Of a stretch of DNA of 64,000 bases, positions 26,573 to 39,023 are shown in pieces. Source of the DNA: Auanema rhodensis (lineage: Eukaryota > Animalia > Nematoda). Positions within the stretch are counted from its first letter, which is position 1; the number at the start of each line of letters is the position of its first letter. The stretch spans positions 16,616,001-16,680,000 of the forward strand of contig OZ059894.1 in assembly GCA_964057225.1 (NCBI GenBank). Direction: 5' to 3'. A program made the translations under genes and the position numbers. Below the pieces are notes generated by a model. The model saw nothing but the letters and a program-made list of their open reading frames with translations. It was not told the origin of the DNA and ran no database searches.

Positions 26573-27643
26573 ATGGATGTCGAAACGCCATCAACGAGTA
26601 ATGAAGAGAATTACGGAGAAGCAACATATGCTATGAGTAGACATAGGAAAAACAAGGTATTTCGTTATTTATTAATCATGTAAATCATTATTTTTATTGT
26701 AGATATTAGTTTGGAAGAGTAAAAAACAAGAAGGAAAAGTATATGAATTCACTCTTGCTACCCGTTTTAAAATGGCAGGGGTTTTCTCTTGGCGTTGCTT
26801 ACAGTGTTCTTTGGTTCGGGACAAAATGAAGCGAATGGTTTGTAATTTTGTTAAATGTTGAAATTAGAGATTTTTTCTGTTTAGGGCCATTCTGTTAAAG
26901 ATAGGAAAGTTCCGCTTCTCTTAGTTGATAATGATATAATTAAAGAAGATCCTGATCGCCCAAACAATGCTGCTCATTTTTGTGATGTAACTTTTCTGTG
27001 TCCAATATACATTCTATAATATATTTAAGGGACGAGACTTAGCTGAATCAGCAGTGTTACGTTCTAAACTTATGTTCTATGAAGCTCACGAAAAAACACA
27101 TTCAGAACCTAAGGATGTAATCGATGAATTTGTTGAAGATGCTCCTAACACTGGTGTGGTATAATACATTACATCTTAATTGAAACCTTTTAAGCTCCTT
27201 TCCAATTAACAGCGATTCAGCGTCGATCAGTTCAACGTTATGTTTCTGAAAAAGTAATTAGAGGCTCCATGAAAAAAACATTATTACGGAGACGGAAATC
27301 TGTAGGATTGGTGTGTAAAGTAGTTTGTAGTGTTCACCACTCTTAATTTTTATTTCTAGAAAAAAACGGAAAAGCCACATATAGTTCATGAAAAATTTGT
27401 TTTTTCTTCTTTTCCTCGTGCTATCCAAAGGGTATTTTTTTGATATTCTAACAATTTCAAAATAAAATTTCAGACATCAAGATCTTCCAATGACTGCAAT
27501 TCTGGTAAATATTCTGATGAAATTGATGAAATAATTGATGTCGAAGGTATTTCATATTCAATACACTACTTTTATCTATACTTTTAGGTGATGCAGAAGC
27601 TATAAATAATGTTGAGAATAGAAAATTCTGTGACTCAGTCTAA
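26573..27643 (+). CDS. Nematode RYYR-CCHC / FLYWCH-like zinc-finger protein
   Basis: ttttcag trans-splice site then ATG; KVYEFTL...FSWRCLQC...EDPDRPNNAAHFC gives CxxC...HxC ligands; acidic tail EIDEIIDVE. Confidence 0.7.
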
Positions 27644-28297
27644 TTAGAAGTAGACGTGGGTTGTAAGCCCCAAATATGGCTTGAAAAATTGCTGCATTCC
27701 AGTTATCTAGTTTTACTTTTTATATTTTTTATACTAATATACATATTGTACATTTATAGGCATACATAGATTTATATGAGCCTTTTTAAAAATTAAACTG
27801 TTTCAAATATAAGACAAATAGCATTTAATGCATTTTCATCGTTTAATTTTATATTTTTTATAAATTGAAATTACTTTATTGTGTTACTGTATGATATACT
27901 GTGATTATAAAGATTTAATAATGAGCTAACACAGCATGTTTCCTCTCTTCCAAGTTCTTAAGATATCACTATTTTTCTAGTTTAATAGTGATTTTGAAAA
28001 TGATCCTTTATAAAATTTAAAGATATAGATAAAATATGTAGCTCTATTCAAAACGTAAATTAGAAATTCGTGCCGAGACCAATTCGCCGATTTAACGAAA
28101 AACTGTTGAAATTTCCATCCTTATTTTCTTATTTTTCGTTTTATTCATTTCTCAATAATTTTTCCTAGCTTTTTTATTTTTTTAATATTTTAATATTCAA
28201 ATATTATGAAGCAAACATATTTTGTTGACAAATTCGTTTATTTTCACGCCAGTTCTTTCACGAATAAGTATAATTTAATCTTCCTAAATTTTTTGAG

Positions 28298-29607
28298 ATG
28301 CCGGAAAGAACTATTTATTGTACAAGAGAAGAAGGCGTTGTAGAATATATAACATCTTTAAGCCCCGATGAATTTTATTGCACTCATGCGGGCAAAATTG
28401 TAAAAGATGTTCCAAGTTTTATTGAAGAAAATAAAAATCGAGATGAATTTTTCCATATTCACTTTAGATTACTTGGAGGAAAAGGAGGTAATTTATTTTT
28501 ACTTTAATCAATTGAATAATAGAAGTGTCTCAGGTTTTGGATCACTCCTTAGGTCTTTCCGTGTTAATAAAAGTACGAATCAGTTAATGTGCCGTGATTT
28601 GAACGGTCGTCGGCTAGCATCTTTGGACGAAGAAAGAAAGCTACGGAAATGGATTGAAAAAGCTGCTCAGCGTGAAAAGGAGAAGAAAGAGAAACAGTAT
28701 GATACCCTTGATGTAACTCTTTATCATTAATCTTTCAGAAATGCAAAGTACGAACGATTAAAAAATGGACCCGCTAAGCATGATTTCAACGACCCCGAGT
28801 ATATGAAATTAAAGGCGGATATTCTTGATAGCACTGAAGATGCATTTGAGCAAGGTAAATAGTTATTATTTTGTTTATATTTCATTTTATTTAGGATTTG
28901 CTCATTTTAAAAAAAAGAAAAATGCCGAGAATACTGTAGAATCATCTTCTGATTCTGATATTGATTTTGACGATTTTGTCAAATTACGTGGGAGTCAGAA
29001 AAGGAAAAGAAAGCAGTTGGACGAAGTTGCTAATAAGAAAAGCAAAAAGTAGATTTATTTTCTGTATTCCGTGTAATTCTGATAACTAATTCATAGAGAT
29101 ACAGAAGAAGATTCTAGTTCCGATGACGAAGAAGACGAGAATGGTGCAGAAGTTTTGGAAGGTTTACAAAAATATTTTGAATCTAAAGGAGCTTGCACGC
29201 CTGGAAACAAACAGGTTTCGAATTGAAATCAATTACTTCATTAGCTAATATATATATATATGTAGAGCAATTCTGGAAGTTCGAGCAATCTACAAAGTGA
29301 GGAAATAAAACACGAGCCCAAGAAAAATCAAAAAAATATTCAAAAAGAAGAAAAAGATTTCGATGAAATTGATTTATCCGATTACGAATCAGTACAGAAT
29401 CTTGAAGCTTTAGGATTAGACTGGTTGAGGCATGCTTTATTAGGTAAGTGTTTCTTAATTTTTGATATTTTGTTTAAACAATTTGCTCCAGCACGTGGAT
29501 TGAAATGTGGAGGTACATTAGATGAGCGAGCTAAGCGATTGTTTTCAGTGAAAGGAATTGATCCTGAAAATTATCCAAAGGCCATACGAGCCGCTAAAAA
29601 ACGTTAA
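28298..29607 (+). CDS. SDE2: SDE2 homolog (ubiquitin-fold-activated splicing/replication-stress factor)
   Basis: RLLGGKGGFGSLLR cleavage motif; CRDLNGRRL; C-terminal SAP-like [29 protein letters not shown]. Confidence 0.93.
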
Positions 29608-29727
29608 TTTAATTTGTAATTTATAAACTATTCTATTATCTTGGTTTTACTTCTTCAATGTTGCGTAATGTCGCTTTGCTATTTGTATTGTTATGCTAAA
29701 TATGATTGTTTATTATTATTTCTGTAG

Positions 29728-31394
29728 ATGGCCAAAAAATCAGATAAAAAAGCATTAGTCAGAAAATGCCCAACGGTGGAAAAGACAAAAGAAGTTCTTA
29801 AGGACGAAGTTGAGGAGAAAAAAGATGTAAAAACTAAAGAGCTCATTCAAATTTCCCCAGAAGATTTATCCAAGAAGCTCCAAACTATTAAAGATCAGGT
29901 ATTTTATTTTAAAGTGTATCTAGATCATTTTGTAATTTTTTATAGTCTTGCGCTGCTCTTGCGGCTATGAGGAAATATTTATCGGAAACAGGTGGAAAAT
30001 CTTTATTCCCAGACATCGATCATGCATTGAATCTTGTTTTCACATATAAAAAGCCAGCTACTGTCTCAACACAATCAAGACATAAAATGTAAGTTATAAG
30101 TTCTTGAATATTTTGACAATATCATTTATAGCAAACTTCCTCATTCTCATCGTACCATTGCAAATACAAGCGTGTGCCTGATTCTTCCCGATTTCGATCA
30201 TTCCGATGCAGCCAAAGTTTGTGACGATTCTGTATATGAATCAAATATAACTTATCTAGGTTGATCCCGATGTTGATAAACAAGCTAGAGAATGGGAAGA
30301 AAAGTTGGAGAAAGATCATGGAATAACTTCGAAGCACGTTGCTAAGGTATCTGATTAGACGTCAACCTTTTAATGTTTTCAATGTATAGATTATGACTAA
30401 AATTCAATTGGAGCGTGAAGCTCACACATACCATGACCGTAGAGCATTGGCCTCACGCTACGATTTCTTCTTAGTAGATGCACAGGTTGAAAAATCTGTC
30501 TGCGCTTTCACTGGAAAAGAATTTGGACGAGTTCACAAGTGTGTTGGTATATCTATAAAGAGAAATAAGTTTTTTTTAGACGCCCTATTCTATTCAAATA
30601 CAGCAAACCATTGGCTACTACTATTGAAGAAACTATTCAAACTGTATTTTTACCATTGGGAAGATACATGACAAGAGCGTAAGCAAAGAAAATGCTCAGA
30701 ATATTAGACGATTAATATTATTTAGTTGTATCAATGTTGGCCATCTCGGTCAAGAATCATCTGATTTACTTGCCAACATAGCTACGGTTTTGGAAGAAAC
30801 AGTAAAAGTGTGTCCAGGTGGTCTTCCAAATATACGCGGCATATTCCTGCAGCCTTCGAATTCCAAGCCAAGCTTGCCTATTTACTCAGATGATGGTTTG
30901 TATTATTAAGAGTTTTTTGTAACTCATTTTTTTAGGAGCTACCTCCGATATTAAGTTGCCCACGGAAAAACGAACTTCTAGAGCTTCACTCAAGAGTGTT
31001 GTTGATGAATGTAATACCTTACCAGATGGTCTTAAGGTATGTTCTTTCTTACATATTAGATATAGCATGGATTATTTAAGATACAAGTTCGTAGAAATGG
31101 AAAGATTAGAGTTCTTAAAGAAGAAGACGGAAAAGCTGTTATATATCCAACTAGTTCGTAGTGTAAATCTGCTTTTAAATAGAATTTTATTATAGTTCAT
31201 GATGAGTGGGATGAAAAAGATATGAGGAACACCAAGCCTACCATTAATCCTGCAAAGTTGGCAAAAAACAAGAAACGAAGAGAAAAATCTCACGTATGTC
31301 ATATTAAAAAACTTGAGTTATTGAATTAATTTAGGCCAAGCGAGTAGCTCAGTTGGTAGATTCTGGAATTTCGCCGAAAAAAACGAAAAATTAA
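29728..31394 (+). CDS. RSL1D1: Ribosomal L1 domain-containing nucleolar protein
   Basis: KLPHSHR..TSVCLILPD; RRALASRYDFFLVD; GKEFGRVHK; INVGHLGQ..L.ANI; PSLPIY. Confidence 0.85.
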
Positions 31395-31607
31395 TTAAAA
31401 ATACGATTTTTGTTGAATTGTTTTTGTTACGAATGTAGAAAAACTATGACTGTTATCAATTGGTTGTTAATCTTTTGTTATTGAATAAATTTGTTTATGT
31501 TATGAATAGTAATATTAACTTTATGAAACAGAAAAGGATAAGTTTTCCTACAATTATATAAATTTTTTTCTAATTTCTCTTTGGAATTGTTGGTATAGAA
31601 TTGTGAT

Positions 31608-32449
31608 ATGCTGGTTCGGTGTTTAACTTTTCCCACATCCAGTACTTTTTGTTCAGTCAGATTAGCTTCATATATTCCTAGGTAGCCATTAATATAAACA
31701 ATATCACTGGTTTATTTATTATAGGAACAAAAATTACTATGATATTTTGGGAGTTAAAAGTGATGCTAGTCCTGAAGAAATCAAAGAAGCTTTTGTGAAA
31801 AAATCTAACGAGGTTTATATGCTCCAAATAGTCTGACAAGTGTTATAACTTAAAGTTGCATCCTGATGGCAATAAGAAGACCATTGATCTTCGGATAGGC
31901 TGGAGTAGACAGAATACAACAGAAAAGTTCATGCTAGTGAAAGAGGTTTTAATAATTTTCATAAATAAGAAATTCTCAAAAATAGGCTTATGATTGCTTA
32001 AGAAAACCTGAAAAGCGGAAAGCATATGATGATGGAAACAGCAAAGAAGGGTTTCTTTTTGAAGTGACTTTATTTATATAACAGACGGTGAATTAATGTT
32101 CAATGTTTAGGTAAAATCTCCAAAGTTCAAAAATGAAAGCGTCATTAATTTGAATAAACATCGATCTGATACTTATATGGGACCTGGAAAAAAACAAAGT
32201 TTTGGTCAGCATTTCAGGTAAGATCTTGGTTTGCTATTGAAAATCTAAACTTCAATTATTCAGAGATCCTGAAAAAGAAATGGAAGCGGAAAGAAAAAAG
32301 AATGATTTTCTGAAATACTTAGGTTTTTCAGTTCTAGCTTTGATAGTTCTTAATATATTATATGTAAAGTAAGTAATTTCATATAATTTTTACAATCCTT
32401 CTTCATAAATTATAGTTGGCTGAAGAAGAAAAAGTTACAAGATCAATAA
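31608..32449 (+). CDS. Small mitochondrial-type DnaJ protein with a C-terminal TM helix (DNAJC4-like)
   Basis: NYYDILGV...LHPD...AYDCLRKPEKRKAYD; hydrophobic LGFSVLALIVLNILYV tail. Confidence 0.85.
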
Positions 32450-32587
32450 GATAGGTTGAATTAGTAATTTATTAATAGGAGAATAAAAGTTTTATTTTGT
32501 TTACATTAAATAGTATTGCCTTCTATGGTTCATATATCTGAAATATCCATCATATATATAGTTGAAATAGTTATATTATTAAGGTTT

Positions 32588-34005
32588 ATGTTTTGGTGGA
32601 GATTTGTGGAATGTAAATCTTTTTCTGGAGTTAAGCCATTCACATTCTTTCGAAGTATTCATTCTTCCAAGTAAATTAATTTTCTTGTAAAAATAGGCTT
32701 ACATTTTCATTTTTCGACGTCTTAATGATTACTACGCCTTATTAGGTTTAAAAAAAAGTGCTACTCAGAGAGAGATAAAAGCTGCTTATTATCAACTCTC
32801 GAAAAAGGTAATTTGTTTGAATATAAGTGAAATTCTATATTTTTAGTTCCACCCCGATGTTGCTGGATCAAGTAAAGACGCAGCACAAAAATTTTTGGAT
32901 ATCAGTGAGGCTTATGAATGCTTAAGAGATCCAAATCGGTACTGTTTCGTCTCTTAATTTTCTTCATTTCTTTAATAACTATTATAGTAGACGAGTTTAC
33001 GATAACCAAACTACTGGTGGTGGAGGACGCTACACAGGAGATTATGGGCAGGATCCATTTGGGGTTCTGAGCTTTTGGTTTTTCTGCTGATAGTAATAAT
33101 TTAGAATTATACTTCTCGACCATTTGATAGACGATACGGAAATCCTTTTCATAGTCGACAATTTACACAAGAAGAATATGAAAGGGTAACTTTTATATTA
33201 ATTGAGCTTTCAAGACTAAACACTTGCTAGATATGGAGAGAGTTCAATCGTTTAAAGAATGAAAGATCTAATTATGATGAGAGGATAAACTCCGAAAGGC
33301 AGAGAATGTGGGCTGAATTCAATCGAAATAGGGCAGCTCGCTGGAATGAGTTCCACAAACGGTATGAAATACATATGTGGTGATACTACTAATTTTTTCA
33401 TAGATATCCTGAAGGTCCTCCGGGATCTTTCAGGTTCGAATGGCGCTTTCATAATAACAATTCTGAGCAACAGCGTTTATATAATGGATGGGAATTACTT
33501 AGGTAAATTTGTAAAACATGAATAGTTCAGAACTAATTATTACAGAAAAATAATGATGATATATTTCGTATCGTTCTTCGTCATATCGCTTGTGAAAATT
33601 GTTCTACAATCTGCGTAAGTGCTATACTAACCAATTTAAAAAAAAGATGTTTTCAGGGGTAATGCTCGAGACAATTTTATACCATCTGAAGCAAATAAAA
33701 TTCCCCTAACAGAGAAAGAAAAGCTAGCTAACATCATGAATACGATGCCTATAAGTGATAAGGAGAAAATTAATGCAGTTATGGAAAAGGTGCCAATATC
33801 AAAATATCCAGTTAATTCATCGGAAAATGGGCTGAACATAACCTATGTTCCTTCCAATGAAATTGCTTCCGGACACTCTGAAATTGGACAAAACATTAGT
33901 TATGTTCCGCAATCCTCTCCAAGCTTGAATTCTGGATACACAAACTCGGAAAACAATTCAGAGTTCTCTATGTACCAAAATGAAACATCAAGAAAAACGT
34001 ATTAA
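32588..34005 (+). CDS. DnaJ-domain protein with a predicted mitochondrial presequence and TM segment (DNAJC30-like)
   Basis: DYYALLGL..ATQREIKAAYYQLSKKFHPD..FLDISEAYECL; IMMIYFVSFFVISLV TM segment. Confidence 0.8.
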
Positions 34006-34289
34006 AGAATAATCTTTTTTATTCAAAATTACAAGTTTCCTACCGGTTTAGGATAAAGCAATATAAATTATTTAAGTTGTAATGATTGGAATTAAAGCAA
34101 TAAAACATCGTCTACTTATTAAGGATGTGTAAATGTGGGAAATAAGTTCTTAACAAGATACTGTTTAAAACATTTTATTAAGCAATATTCTCTATTTAAA
34201 CATTGACCGCTTCGAGAGGCAAATATTAAGGATTTAAATTTACATACAAATGAGAAGATAAGACAATATGACACTAAGATTACATAAAA

Positions 34290-36649
34290 TCATAATTTGA
34301 GCACTATTTCTTGCTTCAAAACACCTATTTCTGTCCATTCTGAAGAATTTTCAGTTCCATTTAAGCCAGCAAATGCAGATCTGTCGTTAACTCTCAGTTG
34401 TACTGGGTGTTCCTCACACAAACCTGCACTTCGCACAAATTGTACAGCCTGAAAAAAAAAATCAAATAGATGTGATTTTATAAAAAATACCAAATGAACG
34501 GTTTCAGACATTATAGGACCACTTTCTAACTCTGCTACATACTCCATTGCATGACCTGCACGTTTGATTACTTGTGAAGATTTCTTAAATACTAATTTCT
34601 GATTTACAATACACAATTATAGACCTTGAGAGATTTCAGTTGGCCATATAAAAACGGTTTTGAAGCGACTAGAGTAGGAGGTAGATTTGCATGTGGTCCA
34701 GCAATACTTCGACAAACTTTTTCGGTTTGTATAAAGTTGTATAAGGTTTGTACTGATGACCCCTAGATGAAAATTTGAAATATTAAACCTTCCAAATATC
34801 GTACCGAAACCAAAACAGCGGATGTTTCATCGGTCTCCTCCGTTTTACTAGAAGAAGATGTAGATATCATGGATTTACTAAAAATATATTTACTTTTCGA
34901 TAATTTGAGATCACACTCACTGTCTTCTAAACTTCAAGGTATTTTTGGGAGAAACTCCCATATCGTGAAGCCAATCATGATCCTCTCCATTTTTCATTTT
35001 TGTCGGACTATCATCACTGTCAGAAGACAATGGCTTCTCACAATTTTCTTTGTCCTCATTTAAGGAAGCACGGCTGCCTTTATTGAAGTCTAAATATTTT
35101 ATCTAAAATCATTTGAAAACCACAACATTACCACAGGAATCTTCAGATAACAGACTCAATTCATCGCCGTCAGCAGCATCATCAAACTTAAGAGTAGTCT
35201 TAGATAATCGTTTTTTTCTCCATTGACAAAGTTGGAACTCAATACCTATAAATAAAAAAAATATACCAATATAAAATTTTAAAACACTAACCTTCGTTTT
35301 TAAGATATCTACGAAATCCTAAAGTCGTCGGTGTTATGATAGCTACATGACGACTGCCATCAGGACATTGGAAACAAGACATAGAGTCTTCGCCAATATT
35401 TTCTAATTACATTTTTGAAAAAATAGAATTAAAAAATAATGAACCTTGAAAATCGACATCATTTGTCTTGGTAAATAGGGCCGTGAACGAAGAGCATAGT
35501 ACATAAAAAGATTTTCTTTCACCCTTTTTCCAAGAAAGAAAGAGTTGCTCAAAACATTCTGTCCTAAAATAAACTATATTTGCATTATTATGACTAATAT
35601 GAATACCATTCTCCATTCAAATCGTCAAGCATAGATGGAGCCAACGGTGGAACAGATTGTTTAGGCAAAAATTTAAGTAGCGAATCTATCCGAGGATAGA
35701 ATGACATCCAGGGAAACGATGGAAACTGCCAGTACAGGGACGCAGCTTCATAAAGGGCCAGTGGATTAGATGTTTGAACAGGCTAGATTTAAAAAATTAA
35801 ATTAAAACTGAGAGAAATAGCACCTTATCAGAACCATCAAAAGACAGAAAAGATTTCATGCCTGCAGCTCGATCGTTACCGGTTAGCCTCACAGGACAAG
35901 TACCTAAATCTTTGTAAGTCAAAATTTTACATTAAAAAAAACCTGATAAATTAGTACTCTTCATCCAGGGAAATGGAACACGCGAAGTAAGTCGAAGCTT
36001 AGTACCAAGACGTAAATCAGAAGGAATTCTTTCCGAACGTCTCTCTTCCTTTACAGAAATTTTCACAGGATCATTTGAAGAGCCAGGAGAAAATATTTCA
36101 TCCATACTGGAGAAATCAAGAACAGGAGATTGCATCTAACAAATTTTATAATAAATTCAAAAAACAACACCCTTTCTACCATGCTTTTGGATCTTCCAAA
36201 TGACGACCTTTTTATTTTTACCACTTGATGATGTGCAGCAGGTCTACAATCAGAATGGGGTTGAATATCAAAATTTGAAAGCTAACATCATAGCGGAAAA
36301 TGGGTCATTCGCAGTGGTATCATCAGCATCCAAAAACATTTCGTCATCATTCCTTTTGAAGCGCTTGACTTCTGGAGATCTCTTGAAAACATGATGATGC
36401 AAGATAGCCAAAATTGATAGGATACCTTGAAAGGATTGGCAGGTCGCCCTTCACCAGGTGTCATAGGCGGACAGCTTTCGGTGTTAATATCATCTATACA
36501 TGTTAAACCACCAATAGAAACATTGAGACAGCGACTTTAATACAAAAAGTTGGCATATAGAGTGAACAATCAAACCTGCTTCTCCTTTTTAAATGCTTGG
36601 TCATACGCTCTCTTGGATTTTTCCATGCTGGTGATTGCGGCGTTGACAT
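34290..36649 (-). CDS. DONSON: DONSON (downstream neighbour of SON) replisome factor
   Basis: NPF motif; PSDLRLGTKLRLTSRVPFPW; YWQFPSFPW..YPR; FYVLCSSFTALF; TPTTLGFRRYL; LPPTLVASKPF; GPIM. Confidence 0.9.
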
Positions 36650-36756
36650 AATTAAATAAAACAGATAAATACGAATATAGTTAATTATGGCTTTTACAAA
36701 TCTTGAACGTAAGCATAAGTTAATTTGTTAATGACTAGGGCTTCAATAAAATTGCC

Positions 36757-36765
36757 TTTCGCGCC
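36757..36765. promoter_or_regulatory. E2F (EFL-1/DPL-1) site TTTCGCGCC in the ~210-bp bidirectional DONSON/COX16 promoter
   Basis: Exact nematode E2F motif upstream of a replication gene. Confidence 0.55.
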
Positions 36766-36857
36766 ATAATCTATAGTTATCTCGACGACGATTTGCGTAT
36801 TTCCCTAGAGAAATCGACTATTTTCAGCCCATTAATAATTATTCATGTTTCTGCTTG

Positions 36858-37356
36858 ATGAGCAATAGGAATCTTAAATTCTTCCGTGTTGGGCTTCCCT
36901 TTTTTACTATAATCTTTGGAGGGGCATACGGTCTTCATTATTTTCAACAAGTTCGCTACGATTTTCGACGAATTAAGCAGCAAGATAATAATCTTTCTTC
37001 TCTTGTAAGTTTCCTAAATATATTACTAATTACCGTTTCCCACATTGAAGAAAACTAATTTGAGTGAAGGTGGTTTAAAACTAAGAGAAAACGTCACAGT
37101 TGATTCTGTATACAAGGTTTCTTTTTCGTTTTTTTTTACAACAATTATGAGGTCATTATAGGAAATTTCAAATATTGATACAGATAATTGGTCTAATATC
37201 CGTGGACCAAGAGAATTCGAAGATAATTCGGAATATTTAACTGCGAAGTTTGCTTCGTAAAAAAGAGAAAGTATAATATGTTGTTTCTTCAGAGCTGAGC
37301 AGCAAAATCGTAATCAAAAAGAACGAGAAGAAAAGCTACGAAATTTAAATGAGTGA
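36858..37356 (+). CDS. cox-16: Cytochrome c oxidase assembly factor COX16
   Basis: FFRVGLPFFTIIFGGAYGLHYFQQVRYD ... DNWSNIRGPREFE; 3 introns; TGA at 37354-37356. Confidence 0.92.
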
Positions 37357-38668
37357 AGACGCCCCTACACATACAGGTCGCCTTTCTGAATTAGTGTAAG
37401 TTTGTAGTTTTGTTGATTTTAAATATTGTATTTGTTTAGGCTCGAAATAAACGAGGGTTCAGGTGAACCAGACGACAGTGCGTCTATTAGAGCTGAAAGA
37501 GGTTTTTAATGCATTTTATTATAAAATCATATTTTTGTTTTAAATAGGTTCTCCAACTCCTTCTTGTGTAACTCTTGACGCTACTCAGAGTTCTCCTTAT
37601 CCTGTTTTCAAAACATCGGATAGTGATGTAAGAAAATGTTAAAGATTTTCATGGATACTTTTTTTATAGCCTGCTATTTCGACAGAAATAAACACCGTAA
37701 CTGTTCCTACAGTATCTGTTACCGGAGCAACTTCTGATTTTACTGTTAGTGATGAAATTTCTTATACAATTCAGTTTCCAAATTGCAGCCTAATCAGGAG
37801 TTTTTGAAAGTACTTCTTTCTTTGGGATTCGACGAATTTATTTCTGTTCTCGCTCTGAAAAGAACCCAGAATCAAGGAGTCGAACAGGTGATATTTGATA
37901 ATTGTTTTAATTAGTTAGTTGCTAAAGGCTGTTGATTGGATTGTGGAACATTCTAACCCATCTGATTTTGAAGAAGAGGATAGTTCATCTGACGAGTCTG
38001 AGTCTGAGCCTGAGGGTGAGGTTGAGGTTGAATCTAAATTAGAATCAGAAATGGGAGGTAAATGATTAGAGGAGGTGCGCTCCTCAATGAACACATTCTA
38101 GTTGCAAGTTCGGCTGTTTCTGGTACCGGGGCTGCTGGTATTCAGGACTCTATAATGAAAGCTGCAATGGCTGTTCAAAAAAGTAAAGGAATTTTGTTAA
38201 CGTTTGTCTAATTCGTAGTTTTAGGTGCGAGAACTCATAAGATGGTACTAGTTGCCAATATGGGGCTGAAAATGGGTACTGGAAAACTAGCTGCTCAAGT
38301 AGGGCATGCAACTCTGGCAGTATATCGGATGGTATAAACTTGGTATTATGTTTACATTTCTATTATCTTCCAGGCGGATTCTTCTGAAAATGGCAAAGTT
38401 GGTTTGGATTCTTGGTTTCGCCGTGGGCAGGTGAAAATTGTACTTAAAGGAAAGGATACAGAGGAACTTATGGATTTATTCAAATCCGCAAAAGATGCGG
38501 TACTGTGTGTTAAATTATTGAGTTAATGTTCTTTTATAGGGTCTCTTTGCTTACTTAGTGCAAGATGCAGGATACACACAAATACCCCCGGGATCTCGTA
38601 CAGTTCTGGCTGTTTTTGGAGAAAAGGACAAAGTTGATTCCATTACTGGGCATTTGCGTTTACTTTAA
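37349..38668 (+). CDS. UBA-domain peptidyl-tRNA hydrolase 2 (PTH2 family)
   Basis: UBA LLSLGF...ALKRTQNQGVEQAVDWI; PTH2 KMVLVANMGLKMGTGKLAAQVGHA...GQVKIVLK...DAGYTQIPPGSRTVLAVFG...ITGHLRLL*; frame continuous back to ATG 37349. Confidence 0.88.
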
Positions 38669-38869
38669 AATTTCCTATTTGTTTTAAACTGCAATGATCG
38701 GATATTAGTTCATTAGAATGTTATTTTTTCTACAATTTTAAAAATAAAGTTCAATTCTGAAGAGTGTAAATGGTGAATATTGTGTAGTCAACGTGAAGTC
38801 GGAAAAGCTGATAACGCATTGGTCTTTTTAAAATTTCTACAAAGTCTAGAATATGATCATCCAACCCGT

Positions 38870-38889
38870 GCTTCCGTGGCGCAATAGGC

Positions 38890-38925
<36 letters not shown>

Positions 38926-38942
38926 GAGCCCACCCGGGAGCG
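38870..38942 (+). tRNA. tRNA-Asn(GTT)
   Basis: GCTTCCG/CGGGAGC acceptor stem; TTCGG-CTGTTAA-CCGAA anticodon arm; GGTTCGAGCC B box; downstream T run. Confidence 0.97.
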
Positions 38943-39023
38943 AAATATTTTTTTCAGTTTTACAATATTATTTTTTAGTATTTAAGTTTCTTCTGTCTCG
39001 TTTATAGATTCTTAGAACTTTTT

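Noticed and set aside
31344-31360. GTAGCTCAGTTGGTAGA tRNA A-box/D-arm look-alike
   Set aside because: Lies in the last coding exon of RSL1D1; no anticodon arm, B box or acceptor stem.
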